Source: Candidatus Poribacteria bacterium
Lineage (GTDB): Bacteria; Poribacteria; WGA-4E; JAJDTR01
Assembly: GCA_965222225.1 (NCBI GenBank)
Contig: CBDCTK010000002.1
Coordinates: 5,248,001 to 5,312,000 of the forward strand
Length of the DNA: 64,000 nucleotides
Direction of reading: 5' to 3'
Positions within the stretch are counted from its first letter, which is position 1. Each line of letters begins with the position of its first letter. The notes beneath the pieces are model-generated. The model searched no databases. It saw only the letters and a list, made by a program, of their open reading frames with translations, and was not told the origin of the DNA. This document shows positions 1 to 10,127 of this stretch, piece after piece. A program made the translations under genes and the position numbers.

Positions 1-2
1 CA

Positions 3-545
3 GAGGCGTATTTTCTGACCTACGGTGGGCAGTTTGAAAGCCAACAAGCGGCGCAAAAACGGATTCTAATTCAGACAGGTTTTGTCCTGGTCGGCATCTG
101 TATTCTGTTGTATCTTGCGATGGATTCCATCCGGATTTCATTACTGGTAATGCTGAACCTACCGTTGGCGTTAATCGGCGGCGTTGTCAGTGTCTTTCTC
201 ACTGGAGGTGTGTTGAGTATTCCGTCGATGGTAGGTTTTATTCTTCTGTTCGGCATCGCCGTGAGGAACGGCATTATCTTGGTCACACACATCAATACCC
301 TACGCGCCGAAGGTATGCCCCTCTACGATGCCGTGATGAAGGGTGCCGAAGAACGCATTAGCCCGGTGTTAATGACAGCCTTGACCACGGGGCTGGGGAT
401 GTTGCCGCTCGCGCTTGCCCACGGTTCGGGCGCGGAGCTTCAGAAACCACTCGCAATCGTTATCAGTGGTGGGATGATAACATCAACGCTCTTGACGCTG
501 CTCGTTTTGCCGGTATTGTACTATATTGTCGAAAATCGTAGGTAG
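3..545 (+). CDS. CusA/CzcA family heavy-metal efflux RND transporter, C-terminal part (5' end outside window)
   Basis: Frame open from base 3 (EAYFLTYGGQFESQQ...); GFILLFGIAVRNGIILV and ERISPVLMTALTTGLGMLPLAL..GAELQKPLAIV are characteristic of CzcA/CusA TM10-12. Confidence 0.92.
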   Translation, partial: EAYFLTYGGQFESQQAAQKRILIQTGFVLVGICILLYLAMDSIRISLLVMLNLPLALIGGVVSVFLTGGVLSIPSMVGFILLFGIAVRNGIILVTHINTLRAEGMPLYDAVMKGAEERISPVLMTALTTGLGMLPLALAHGSGAELQKPLAIVISGGMITSTLLTLLVLPVLYYIVENRR

Positions 546-566
546 TACACCGATAACAATCTGTAG

Positions 567-743
567 AATCAAGCGACCAGAAAGTGAGCAGGATTTTTTA
601 TCGCCCTTCCTATCCGGTCGGTTGATCGATAGAGTTCTCACCAGCCTTTGGGAGTCCCTTTGTGCAATCAAGCAACTGAACAAGGAGTAGGAGGGGCATC
701 TTGCCCCGACCGACCCAGTAACAACGAGTGCGATAGTAATCCC
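567..743 (+). repeat. Cluster of ~37-bp GATCAA...GCGATAG..ATCC micro-elements: reverse copy 591-627 nested in a forward copy; a second forward copy 666-743 interrupted by a GTAG REP at 687-710
   Basis: Direct reading and alignment with the other copies in the window. Confidence 0.8.
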
Positions 744-931
744 ATGGAGCCCCCTTTTTTCCTCAATACTCGGTTTTCCCGTCCCTTCGACCCTTCCATT
801 CTTCCAGTCACTCTCCCCGATTTTCCCTTTCACTTGCCCTATTTATGTCCATCTGCGTGCATTGCACTCTTTCATCCTCCCTTTCTTCCTTTCAATCCGC
901 ATCTGAGGCGCTGGGCCTCCTTCGTTGTTTC

Positions 932-960
932 TTGACATCTTCGTTTGCATGTGTTTTAAT
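932..960 (+). promoter_or_regulatory. Candidate sigma70-type promoter upstream of the TonB-dependent receptor
   Basis: TTGACA (932-937), 17-bp spacer, TGn-TTTAAT (955-960); the -10 box has one mismatch at a key position. Confidence 0.4.
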
Positions 961-1097
961 AAAAAAGTTCCCTAATCTCCACCGATAATCCCTAGAGTGG
1001 CACCCATTGTACTCAACACCGATGCGCTCGAAAGGGCGTTGAAGGTGATAAAAACAGCACTACCCAGCGCTTCAATTGTAATACCTTTCGAGCCCGC

Positions 1098-3302
1098 ATG
1101 AAGTGGTTTCGCCTATCTTTAGTTGCCATCTTCCTAATTAACAGTATACAAGCGATAGCTTTGCCCCAATCCGCTTCTGTTTCGGGACAGGTTGTTGATG
1201 ATTTGACATGGCTTCCAATTAGTGATGTCCAAGTTACACTTGTAGTAGAAGAAGCGACAATCCTCTCCCGGACCGATGCGAACGGGAATTTTCGGTTTGA
1301 TGGAATTGCACCGGGCACATACACGCTTCGTTTTGTTCGCGACACTTACCAAATGTTGGAGAGAGTAATTGATGTCGCCAGGAATCTGCCGGCATTGACG
1401 GTTTCGCTGAAGAGCCGCACGGTCCAGCTTGAAGAGATTCTGGTCACGCCTGACGACGATGCTCTCGCTAATCTTGAAAAAACGACAGATCTCGCGCTCT
1501 CTGAGGCGCGACTGGATGAAAAGATGGGGATTACGATCGCCGACGCGCTTAGCGATGAGGTGGGAATCGCGCAACGGTCGATGGGACGCGCGGTAGCGCG
1601 TCCGGTCATTCGAGGCATGGGTGGTGACCGATTGCTCATTCTTGAGGATGGCGAACGCACAGGCGATAAATCTGCATCCGCGGCAGACCATGCGGTTGCA
1701 ATCGATCCGAGCACCGCGAAAAATATCAAGGTAATCCGTGGCCCCGCGTCGCTCATCTACGGTTCAAACACCCTCGGCGGCGTCGTAAATGTCAAACGCG
1801 AAACTATCCCGAAAGCCGTGCCCAACCACCCTACGGTAGACCTCAAGTTTCAGAGTGAATCCGTCAATTCGGGAATTGCCGCGATAACAGGGTTGACGGT
1901 TCCAGTCGGTGATTTTGCCTGGAGGTTGGCGTGGAATCGTCGCTATGCTAATGACACGCACACTCCTGTTGGCGTTTTGGAAAACACATCTCTGTCAAAT
2001 ACCAGTTTTTCAAGCGGTGCTTCCGTGGTCAAGAACTGGGGTCACGTTGGCGTATCGGGGGGTCGATACCGTTCCGATTACGGGATTCCCGGGTCACCGG
2101 AAGGACACATCTCGGGAGTCAACATCGCACTCGATCGCCAGCGGTATGAAGGCAACGTTGAGTATGCGTTCAATGACTCATATCTTGAGAAGTTGAAACT
2201 GCACTCCACTCATACGCGCTATCAGCATCAGGAGTTTGAATCAAACAAAACACTCGGAGTTGAATTTGTTGCATTGACTTCCAACGTGTCCGCGTTGGCA
2301 CATCTGGAGGGTGATGCAATAGCGGGAATGTGGGGCGAGTATCGCGATCATTCGACGGGCGGATTCTACTGGACGCCACACACGCGGGAGATTTCTATCG
2401 CGGGTTTCTACTTCAATCAGAGACAATTCAACGACTTTACACTACAAGGAGCAATTCGCTACGACATCAAGCGAGTCGAGCCGTTTAAGACAGGCACTGT
2501 AACCCGCGCAGGAATGGTTCGGCGCAGAAACTTTGGCGGCGTGTCAGGTGCCGTGTCGGGCATCTACCATTGGAGCGACGGTTTGAAGACTGGGGCGACG
2601 ATGATGAAAGCGTTTCGTGCTCCCGGAATTGAAGAACTCTTTTCGGATGGGCCTCATCTTGCAGCTTACTCCTACGAGATTGGTAACTCCGAACTCGACA
2701 CCGAGAACGGCTGGGGAACAGAGGCGTTTCTGCGCTATTCGGTAGGTCGGGTAAAGCTGAATCTCGCACTTTTTCGCAACCAGATTTTCGGTTACCTGAT
2801 TCCGACTAACACCGGCGAAAAGGAGTGGGGCAGCGGCGCCGTGGGATGGTTGTGGATTTATCAATACCGAGGACAGGATGCTATCCTCGACGGTGCCGAA
2901 TTGAGCGTTGACGCCGAAATTATCCCGTGGTTGCACGCGCAGGTGCGCATGAGTTATGTCAGGGGGACTTTGGCGACCAATGAATTGCCAGTTGAACGTA
3001 TTCCGCCTCTAAACGGAAAAGTGGCGATCCGACACGTGACAAAATCGTCGAACTTTCACGTGTCGGCGCGATTCTCGGATTCGCAGCACCGGTTAGGCGA
3101 GTTTGAGCTTCCTACGGATGGATACATCGCCTATGACGTGGGTTGCCAGTATATGTTCTCGATTTGGGGGCTTCAACATCAAACGGTTTTTGCTATTGAG
3201 AACATCCTTGACACGGAGTACCGGCAACACCTTTCGAGAATCAAAGTGGTAATGCCGGAGCCGGGACGCAACGTCAAGTTCCTGTATCGAATCGGATACT
3301 AA
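1098..3302 (+). CDS. TonB-dependent receptor with N-terminal carboxypeptidase-regulatory-like domain (ZnuD-like metal uptake subfamily)
   Basis: Signal peptide; plug motif RPVIRGMGGDRLLILEDG..DHAVAIDP..IKVIRGPASLIYGS; C-terminal ENILDTEY..PEPGRNVKFLYRIGY; lies next to a CzcA-type exporter. Confidence 0.9.
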   Translation: MKWFRLSLVAIFLINSIQAIALPQSASVSGQVVDDLTWLPISDVQVTLVVEEATILSRTDANGNFRFDGIAPGTYTLRFVRDTYQMLERVIDVARNLPALTVSLKSRTVQLEEILVTPDDDALANLEKTTDLALSEARLDEKMGITIADALSDEVGIAQRSMGRAVARPVIRGMGGDRLLILEDGERTGDKSASAADHAVAIDPSTAKNIKVIRGPASLIYGSNTLGGVVNVKRETIPKAVPNHPTVDLKFQSESVNSGIAAITGLTVPVGDFAWRLAWNRRYANDTHTPVGVLENTSLSNTSFSSGASVVKNWGHVGVSGGRYRSDYGIPGSPEGHISGVNIALDRQRYEGNVEYAFNDSYLEKLKLHSTHTRYQHQEFESNKTLGVEFVALTSNVSALAHLEGDAIAGMWGEYRDHSTGGFYWTPHTREISIAGFYFNQRQFNDFTLQGAIRYDIKRVEPFKTGTVTRAGMVRRRNFGGVSGAVSGIYHWSDGLKTGATMMKAFRAPGIEELFSDGPHLAAYSYEIGNSELDTENGWGTEAFLRYSVGRVKLNLALFRNQIFGYLIPTNTGEKEWGSGAVGWLWIYQYRGQDAILDGAELSVDAEIIPWLHAQVRMSYVRGTLATNELPVERIPPLNGKVAIRHVTKSSNFHVSARFSDSQHRLGEFELPTDGYIAYDVGCQYMFSIWGLQHQTVFAIENILDTEYRQHLSRIKVVMPEPGRNVKFLYRIGY

Positions 3303-3303
3303 C

Positions 3304-3512
3304 GATCAACTGAGTGGATAACGAAGGCGATAGAAATCCCATACAGATCTTACCAGCCTTTGAGAGCGCCAGCGGCGATCAAGCGACTGATTAAGGAGCG
3401 CGATAGTAAATCCCGTGCGATGGAAATCTTCAGGTGTATAGCAGCAAGCCACCCTACACCAAGGCCCCGGTGCGGGATCAACCGACCGGAAAGGAAGGAC
3501 GATAGAGATTCT
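3304..3512 (+). repeat. Three ~37-bp micro-element copies (3304, 3377, 3476) plus extra 3' ends, inserted in short palindromic repeats
   Basis: gatcaactgagtggataacgaaggcgatagaaatccc; gatcaagcgactgattaaggagcgcgatagtaaatccc; gatcaaccgaccggaaaggaaggacgatagagattc. Confidence 0.85.
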
Positions 3513-3630
3513 CATGCTTCGCATTGGAAAGACTCGGTCGACACTATTTGTAACCGCTTATAATTGCAAATTTAGGGTGATGGTATTATTGCCCTACCCG
3601 ACAACATTGACAAGCAGGCGCACGTACTAT

Positions 3631-4275
3631 CTAAAATCGGAGGGTGAGAACAGTGCCTATTCCCCTGTTCGAGGTCACGGGGTCGATTCCAACCGTGGCT
3701 CGTTCACCATCAAGTTCAATCAAATGCCGGTAAGAAACCTGCTGATTCTGCCGATTAATCCTGTTGGCGGACATCGGCGCGTCAATCAGTGACCAAATCG
3801 CTCCGCCAAGGAGTAGCACATACCCGGGAATGCTCCGCCAATCGTCGTTGTCCGCGTCGAGGTTGCCATCAGGTTCGTCGACGTTATCGCCAACCGCGCT
3901 GAGTACAAGTCCCAATCCTACCACTGCCGCGCCCATTTGCGCGACTCCCTTCGTGTACTCCCCATTGTAGAATTGTCCGGAGCCGACGATCGGAAACGAC
4001 AAACCGAGTGCTACCATGGGGTTCTTCTTCTGGCTAAGAGTTCGCGAACCGAAAGCAGGATCTCTGGATATTCTGACAATCTCGTGCATCCTATATTTGA
4101 ACTCCTTGCCGTCTCGCCGCTTTATCTTTAGCGATTTGTCCGGAATCTGCTCCAGAATCGTGCCGCGCACGATGCCTCCATTCTCAAGGTAAACGACATC
4201 CTCTACCTGCTGTGCAGAAACTGTGGTAGCCACTGCAAATACCATCGCGAATACAACCAATGTAACACGTACCAT
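3631..4275 (-). CDS. Secreted/membrane protein with TM2-like segment
   Basis: Signal peptide, DVVYLENGGIVRGTILEQ, KKNPMVALGLSF..G.GQFYNG (TM2-like), C-terminal Phe; AGGAG SD. Confidence 0.7.
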   Translation of the reverse strand: MVRVTLVVFAMVFAVATTVSAQQVEDVVYLENGGIVRGTILEQIPDKSLKIKRRDGKEFKYRMHEIVRISRDPAFGSRTLSQKKNPMVALGLSFPIVGSGQFYNGEYTKGVAQMGAAVVGLGLVLSAVGDNVDEPDGNLDADNDDWRSIPGYVLLLGGAIWSLIDAPMSANRINRQNQQVSYRHLIELDGERATVGIDPVTSNRGIGTVLTLRF

Positions 4276-4370
4276 AGCTCCTCCTACATGTCTTGCTCAT
4301 GTCTTGCTACAAGGGCCCCCAGTCTGGAAACAATGCCGAGATAGGCATTGTCCGGTTTTTCAGGGTTTCG

Positions 4371-5516
4371 TTAGCCGATTTGGACAACCTTCCCGCTTGC
4401 TGCCGACTGGAACGCCGCCGTAATCACCGCAACCGACTGTGCCGCCATTTCGGCGTTCATTTCACTTTCCACGCCGTTGTCGACACAGTCGACAAACGAG
4501 GAAATTTCCTCCTGACCCTGTCCGTCACTGACGGAAACCCAATGCTGTTTCGGCGGCCCCGTAGATTTGGTCTGGGTACTCCCCCACATTCCCGTTGGGT
4601 CTAAGGGATTAGGCGGAGGCGGCTGAAAAGTGGGTTCATCTGCGAAAACTTCCAAGTGAGATTTTGAAGGGTCAAATGTCAATGTGTCACGCGTCCCGAC
4701 GAGGTGAAGCCGCCAAATGCCGCCTTGGGGATGGCTCAACCATCCAATCCGACCTCCGGAGACCGTCGCGGTGACACCGTCCTCCAATGTCAAAGCCATT
4801 GCCCCAAAATCCTCCACATTGCGATCGAAGTGCCCCTTGAAGAAATAATTGGCGGTGTTTGCGTAGACCGTCTTGACCGTCTTGCGAGTTAACCAATTCA
4901 CCATTGCGACTGCATAAACACCGATGTCAAACATCTCTCGCTTGGCATCGACAAAGGTGTAACGTTCCACAGTGGGTTTTTCTATGCGCTTGTTGCCCGC
5001 AGGCGCAGACCCCGGATGCCCCTTGGCAAAGAGCACGTCGCAGTGAATGGCGCGAAGTTCGCCGACGTCCCCGCGATCTAATGCCTGACGCGCAGCTTGT
5101 GCAGGTGGATTGTGTATGTTGGTGTACATCTGGGTGCGAACGCCGGATCGCTTCACCGCCGCTACAATCTTTGCTGCGTCATCGGGGTTCAACGCAAGCG
5201 GTTTGTCCAGATAGACGTGCTTTCCCGCCTCCGCGCACCGAGCGCCCACGCGCCCGCGCCGCTCAGTCTCTACGCATGAGCACACGATATGCACGTCGTC
5301 ACGCGCCAACGCCTCCTCCAAATCCGGTATGTAAGGAATGTCTAATTCTCTGGCGAGTGCGCGGTTCAGTTCAACACGATCGGATGGCGCATCTAGCTCA
5401 TCAGACGACGCGATAAGCCGACATCGAGGGTCTGCGGCGAAAAGACGCGAATATCCTTCCTGGTGCGATCGATGCCCGCCAATTATTAGTACACCGTACT
5501 TTTCTTGACTGTCCAT
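4371..5516 (-). CDS. Gfo/Idh/MocA family oxidoreductase
   Basis: Rossmann-like N-terminus, AGKHVYLDKPLA motif; start placed at ATG 5516 after a GAGGAG SD. Confidence 0.88.
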   Translation of the reverse strand: MDSQEKYGVLIIGGHRSHQEGYSRLFAADPRCRLIASSDELDAPSDRVELNRALARELDIPYIPDLEEALARDDVHIVCSCVETERRGRVGARCAEAGKHVYLDKPLALNPDDAAKIVAAVKRSGVRTQMYTNIHNPPAQAARQALDRGDVGELRAIHCDVLFAKGHPGSAPAGNKRIEKPTVERYTFVDAKREMFDIGVYAVAMVNWLTRKTVKTVYANTANYFFKGHFDRNVEDFGAMALTLEDGVTATVSGGRIGWLSHPQGGIWRLHLVGTRDTLTFDPSKSHLEVFADEPTFQPPPPNPLDPTGMWGSTQTKSTGPPKQHWVSVSDGQGQEEISSFVDCVDNGVESEMNAEMAAQSVAVITAAFQSAASGKVVQIG

Positions 5517-5517
5517 G

Positions 5518-5973
5518 TCACTCCTCACTCCTCAAGTTTACAGGTTCTCCCGACGCAATCGCCCGACTAATCAGATCAGAGAGTTTTCCTTCGTCATCAA
5601 GTTGAATCGAGGACCGCATCAACCGATACTGCCCACGCGGAGTTTCGTGATAGATTGCCCCTCGATTTCCGACTAGAGCCAAATCTATGGATTCCTCCTG
5701 ATTGGCTGCAACGCGATTCACGCTAAGTAAAGCCGTCTGTCCACCCGCGTATTTAATCATCGTCGTGGACTGAGTCCCATCCTGACTCTGCTGCACATAA
5801 ATCTGTTCAGGTGATGACGGCATCCAAGCATTCGCGATGTTCGCGAGTGCAGCGCTTGCCCCGACGGTATCCCCATCCTTGAGCGGAGACTGTAATAGAC
5901 AACGAACGAACACCGGGCTGCCTATTCGTCCTTCGTTGATAACGGATTGAACCGATTTCTGCAGAGATTCCAA
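5518..5973 (-). CDS. Small protein resembling a stand-alone C-terminal domain of a Gfo/Idh/MocA enzyme
   Basis: VQSVINEGRIGSPVFVR and LVGNRGAI resemble the C-terminal domain of Gfo/Idh/MocA; stop lies 1 nt before the next ATG. Confidence 0.6.
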   Translation of the reverse strand: MESLQKSVQSVINEGRIGSPVFVRCLLQSPLKDGDTVGASAALANIANAWMPSSPEQIYVQQSQDGTQSTTMIKYAGGQTALLSVNRVAANQEESIDLALVGNRGAIYHETPRGQYRLMRSSIQLDDEGKLSDLISRAIASGEPVNLRSEE

Positions 5974-6172
5974 TGTAAAATCCTTTCCTTTCGTCCAGAT
6001 TCACGCGATGTTTGCCGGCACGATGGTGAGATGATTTTCCTAGCAACAATGCCGACTCTCGTAACATTATTGCAATCGGGCGCCGAGAAACTCGCTGTAC
6101 TGAGATTCATGCGTTAAGATTTGGGGGTATGTGGTTCAGTATATAGTAGCGTTATTCACTGCGCCGTCTTCT

Positions 6173-6213
6173 GTAGGAGCGAGCTTTGCTCGCGACCGAA
6201 GGATCGCTCTTAC
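6173..6213 (+). repeat. GTAG-type REP hairpin doublet
   Basis: gtaggagcgagctttgctcgcgac...tcgctcttac. Confidence 0.7.
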
Positions 6214-6352
6214 AGCAGGTTTATAGTAGTGATTGTTCGATTGTCCGATCGAAGAGAGGAATTCTACAAGTGTATAGCGTGCGACGCAAAAACATGAAAG
6301 AACCTTCTCAATTTACCAAAAATGGTTTTGCCGCGCATTATTTATACAGAGC

Positions 6353-6670
6353 CTAAAAGGCGGCAGCAGCACTACTCTCTGTCGAAAAGATCTCGACAAT
6401 ACTTGATGCACCTACCAAGTTAAATGCTCGTAGTATGTTGTCTCGGAGGCCATACACCTTTAGGTCGCCGCCCTTCCGGCGAAGGCGCATTGCCACACCT
6501 ACGAGGGCCCCTATCGCCGTGCTGCTGATATGTTTTACCTCGCTGAGATTCATGACGATTTTCAAGGTGTTTTGAGACTCTAGGGTTTGCTTGAGTTCTC
6601 CTACCACATGATTCCGAAGGTCTTCATTGACATCAATAACGGTGATTTCGGCGCTTTCGCGGATGATCAT
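6353..6670 (-). CDS. STAS-domain anti-sigma factor antagonist
   Basis: IVMNLSEVKHISSTAIGALV..RKGGDLKV (STAS phosphoserine motif region). Confidence 0.88.
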   Translation of the reverse strand: MIIRESAEITVIDVNEDLRNHVVGELKQTLESQNTLKIVMNLSEVKHISSTAIGALVGVAMRLRRKGGDLKVYGLRDNILRAFNLVGASSIVEIFSTESSAAAAF

Positions 6671-7029
6671 CGATTCTTTTAACACGGTATTTTTCCCTTC
6701 AAGTATGATTTCAAAAACTTGGACAGTCAAGCAAATGAGTGTCTTTGTTGTTGGTAACTCTTGGCATTACGTCACATAATGCCTCGGTAGCCCTCCAAGC
6801 AAAGGAGAAAACGTGGGAAAAGACAGATAATAAAATGAAGTATAACACCGGTGGTGACAATTTATATCGCTAGTAGGTGACAGTCCCGTTATCTAGGTAA
6901 TGTTAGGCACCTGTACAAACTGCGTAGATGGCAAATTGATTAACGACGAACTTACACGAACCTAGAATAAACGATAGTTATCCCTATGTTTTGGACAAGA
7001 ACGGACATCAAGATCCCAACGTTGACGAT

Positions 7030-7980
7030 TTAGTATCCCAATTTCAAATCTACCAAATTCGTGAGCGGCTCTCCAGCGAGGTAACGACGCAAATTCTCGT
7101 GGAAAATTGCCGTAGCGCTGGCGGAGGTAAAGACAGACCGCCCGGAACAGTGCGGCGTTATTAGTAAGTTCGGCGTATCCCAGAGTGGGGTATCTTCCGG
7201 TAACGGTTCTGTAGCGGTCACATCCAATCCGGCACCGGCGAGTCGTCCTTCGCGCAACATCCGTACCAACGCATCTTCATCTACGATCCCACCCCGCGAA
7301 ACCACTAGCAGGTAGCTTGACGGCTTCATGAGCCCAAGTTGCTGTTCGCCGAGCAAGCCTGCTGTTTTCGGCGTATGGGGTGTTGTTACTGCTACCACAT
7401 CGGATCGCCGCAACAGGTCATCCAGTCCATCCGATAGCCTCAGTTCGGTCACAAAATCGGGTTTCAGCACTTCGTGGGCGTCAATGGCAATGACGTTCAT
7501 ATCAAATGCGTGACCCCTTTTGGCAATCGCACGGCCGATGTTTCCCAGACCGATCATTCCGAGGGTCAGGCCGGTTAATCCCACCATAGGGTTGTCAAAT
7601 TGAATCCCCCAGTCGTGATTCTGTTGAGCCTGAAAAGTCTGTCGCAAATTCCGGGCAAGGCTAATCAGCAACCCGAAGGTGTGCTCGGCGATTGTGGCGG
7701 CATGAGCCCCGCGGGTATTCGTGACAATCACATCACTTTCGGCGAGTTCGGCAATTCGTGCCAGTTTTTCCACCCCGGCGCCCGAATTTTGAATCCACTT
7801 CAGCTGTTTCGCCGCTAGAAACGCTTCCCGAGAGATACCCCCGAAAACAACCTCGGCATCGGAAATCTCGCGCAGAATCTCATTCTGGTCACTGGCGGCA
7901 GTAAATTCTACCTGAGGGAAAGTCTTCTTAGCTTCGGCAAACCGATTTTGGTACCATGACCCGATAATAAGTAGCTTCAT
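7030..7980 (-). CDS. D-2-hydroxyacid dehydrogenase family protein
   Basis: IAEH, GLGNIG, SRGGIVDE, LDVT..EPL, ITPH motifs. Confidence 0.92.
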   Translation of the reverse strand: MKLLIIGSWYQNRFAEAKKTFPQVEFTAASDQNEILREISDAEVVFGGISREAFLAAKQLKWIQNSGAGVEKLARIAELAESDVIVTNTRGAHAATIAEHTFGLLISLARNLRQTFQAQQNHDWGIQFDNPMVGLTGLTLGMIGLGNIGRAIAKRGHAFDMNVIAIDAHEVLKPDFVTELRLSDGLDDLLRRSDVVAVTTPHTPKTAGLLGEQQLGLMKPSSYLLVVSRGGIVDEDALVRMLREGRLAGAGLDVTATEPLPEDTPLWDTPNLLITPHCSGRSVFTSASATAIFHENLRRYLAGEPLTNLVDLKLGY

Positions 7981-8171
7981 ATGACTCAAGCAGCCGGGAC
8001 CTCAAGATTCAGACTTGGGCACACAGCCGCGTCTCTCCCTTTTCGATTATAGCTCGTTCAGTCAGACGCAAAACTCCGACGTTTGGCATATCCGCTTTTA
8101 ATTAAAATTAATTTATTAGACGATATCCGGACAACTTGGTTGGGGGCATTCATTGACGCAAACAAGCCCAA

Positions 8172-8799
8172 TCAGTCAACCCGAAAGATGAGCAATGTTG
8201 AGTGATTGTAACCTGGACCAGCCAACTCTCTCCCAGCGTTACATCGCACCAACTCGTCTTCGAGCCAGAATAGTTCGGCAAGTGCCCCCCGCTTCCCACA
8301 ACGTCGGTCGAATGCCACCCTCCCGACTAACATTGGATAATTCAATAGCAATTCTGCTTTGAGGCCTCATGCAACCACGAATTTCTTCAAGGATCTTGAC
8401 AAGATCAATCACGTACTCCTGCACGGGTTGCTCGGTCTTTCCATCGCGAAGACTCAAATAGGGCGGACTCGTGAAGACAAGATTGAAAGGTGGCAAGTCG
8501 TGTTCTAAAATACCACGACTGTCTTCAGTAAGAACACGACTTGGAGGTACCCCCCGCTTGGCGGCAAAAACACTCCGTTGCGAGTCTTTCTCGAATCCAA
8601 TCGCTTGGCGTCCAAGGTATTGGGCAGCCACCAAAGTAGTGCCAAATCCACAGAACGGGTCAAGAACCCAGTCACCGGGATTGGAGAATCGGTTCACGAC
8701 AAACTCTGCCAGTTCTAGTGGAAACCGGAAAGAACTCGGACCGGAGAAGTCAATCGGCTCTAATGTGCCGTCTATGGTAAACCACGTTTTATCCCGCAC
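8172..8799 (-). pseudogene. Orphan N4/N6 DNA methyltransferase, frameshifted in a G6 run (8285-8290)
   Basis: [11 protein letters not shown] (motif I) and TSPPY (motif IV); removing one G continues as [37 protein letters not shown] ending at 8172. Confidence 0.75.
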
Positions 8800-8892
8800 G
8801 ATTCGAGCGGCTTTATCTACTCGATTTTCTCAAGTCTTTCCCGCTCGTACTGTGTTTCATGCTCTGACGTAAATCCGGTGATGTGCCGGTTA

Positions 8893-9699
8893 TCAAGAAT
8901 TGATAAGGGTCCGCAAGTAATCGCCCGCTTTTCGCATAGATTCAATCGGATCCGATTCCCCTTCGTAGACGATGGAGAGGGGGCCATTGTAACCCACCCC
9001 GCGCAGAATGTCAAGAACCCGCGGATAATCAAGCCACTCCTCAATACCGCTGTCTATGTGATAAAACTTCGTGCGAACATACACGGCGTAAGGCGCCGTT
9101 TTCGCAATACTGGCATAGCAATCGTAGTCGGGATGAGATGAACCTCTATGACCGCTGGCACCGGGCGACCCGGCATATTGTCCCGTATCCAAGATATGGG
9201 TAAAATAGGGGCGATCCGTTTCCAGAAGTGCACGGAGCAAATCATCGCCGGTACGGGTGACATTGTTGTGGTTGTGGTTCTGTAAACCGACTAGAATGCC
9301 CTTTTCATAGCCATAGTCGGCGACTTCCTGGAATCCGGCAATCATCGGCGCCCAAAGCGCTTCTTCGTCTTCGCAATCTTCGGGAATATATGCCCCGAAG
9401 ACACGCACGAGCGGGCAACTCATGAAATCCGCGACATCGATCCACTTTTTAATCAACGCAATCTGCTCTGGATGTTCATCAACGGGACGACCGAAATCGT
9501 TGCTAATCCCGATATAGCCGAGAGGCAACCCCCGTTCAATCAGCGTCATCTTCAGTTCGCGAAGATACCCGATATCTGTGGATTCAAAAGCGCTTGTATG
9601 CAATTCAATGACATCGAAACCGAGATCGTACACAATCCGTGCAAATTCAGCAGCGACGACATTCCTGAGATTTAAAGACATCGTACCTAATTTTATCAT
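8893..9699 (-). CDS. Sugar phosphate isomerase/epimerase (AP-endonuclease-2 TIM barrel)
   Basis: LGFDVIEL, VGLQNHN, LDTGQY, GYNGPLSIVYEG; AGGAG SD before MIKLG. Confidence 0.88.
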   Translation of the reverse strand: MIKLGTMSLNLRNVVAAEFARIVYDLGFDVIELHTSAFESTDIGYLRELKMTLIERGLPLGYIGISNDFGRPVDEHPEQIALIKKWIDVADFMSCPLVRVFGAYIPEDCEDEEALWAPMIAGFQEVADYGYEKGILVGLQNHNHNNVTRTGDDLLRALLETDRPYFTHILDTGQYAGSPGASGHRGSSHPDYDCYASIAKTAPYAVYVRTKFYHIDSGIEEWLDYPRVLDILRGVGYNGPLSIVYEGESDPIESMRKAGDYLRTLINS

Positions 9700-9848
9700 A
9701 ATAACAAATCTCCTCAATTCGTCATCAGAAATCGCGTTCGAACAGTATATCGCATCTACATCAGTCAATCAATCGATTTTCCGATGCCTAGACTCGATTT
9801 TTTCGTCATATAGCCTTGAGAACGCGAAGCCAACAAGGAGCTTCACTA

Positions 9849-10127
9849 GTGGATGACTCATTCATTAAAGCGTACGGGTTGCATGTTGACGATATCTATC
9901 GGTTTATTCATCGGCTTCTAGGGAACCCAACAGATGCCGAAGACATGACCGCCGAGACGTTTCTCCGAGCGTATCAAGGCTGGTCCGAATTACTTGACCC
10001 GGCAGCCGTACGTTCATGGCTGTTTCGCATCGCGTACAACGGGTGTATCGACCTAGTGCGCCAGCGCCAACAACATCCGGTGATTTCATTCGATAGAACG
10101 ACCTCGGAGGAAATGGCGCAGATTTAG
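9849..10127 (+). pseudogene. ECF sigma-70 factor fragment (region 2 only)
   Basis: AAGGAG SD + GTG; DAEDMTAETFLRAY and SWLFRIAYNGCIDLVR; region 4 missing. Confidence 0.8.

Noticed and set aside
770-900. Pyrimidine-rich periodic stretch (also 58135-58175 and 50368-50397) as a coding region or terminator
   Set aside because: These are degenerate 7-8-bp simple repeats without a convincing ORF or hairpin-plus-U tract.
940-1097. Cobalamin or other riboswitch ahead of the TonB-dependent receptor
   Set aside because: No B12-box or other recognisable aptamer core was seen; an Infernal/Rfam scan would be needed to exclude it fully.
3304-3512. Micro-element clusters as a CRISPR array (37-bp repeats)
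   Set aside because: Copies are degenerate, irregularly spaced, nested and scattered over many loci; there are no constant-length unique spacers and no cas genes.
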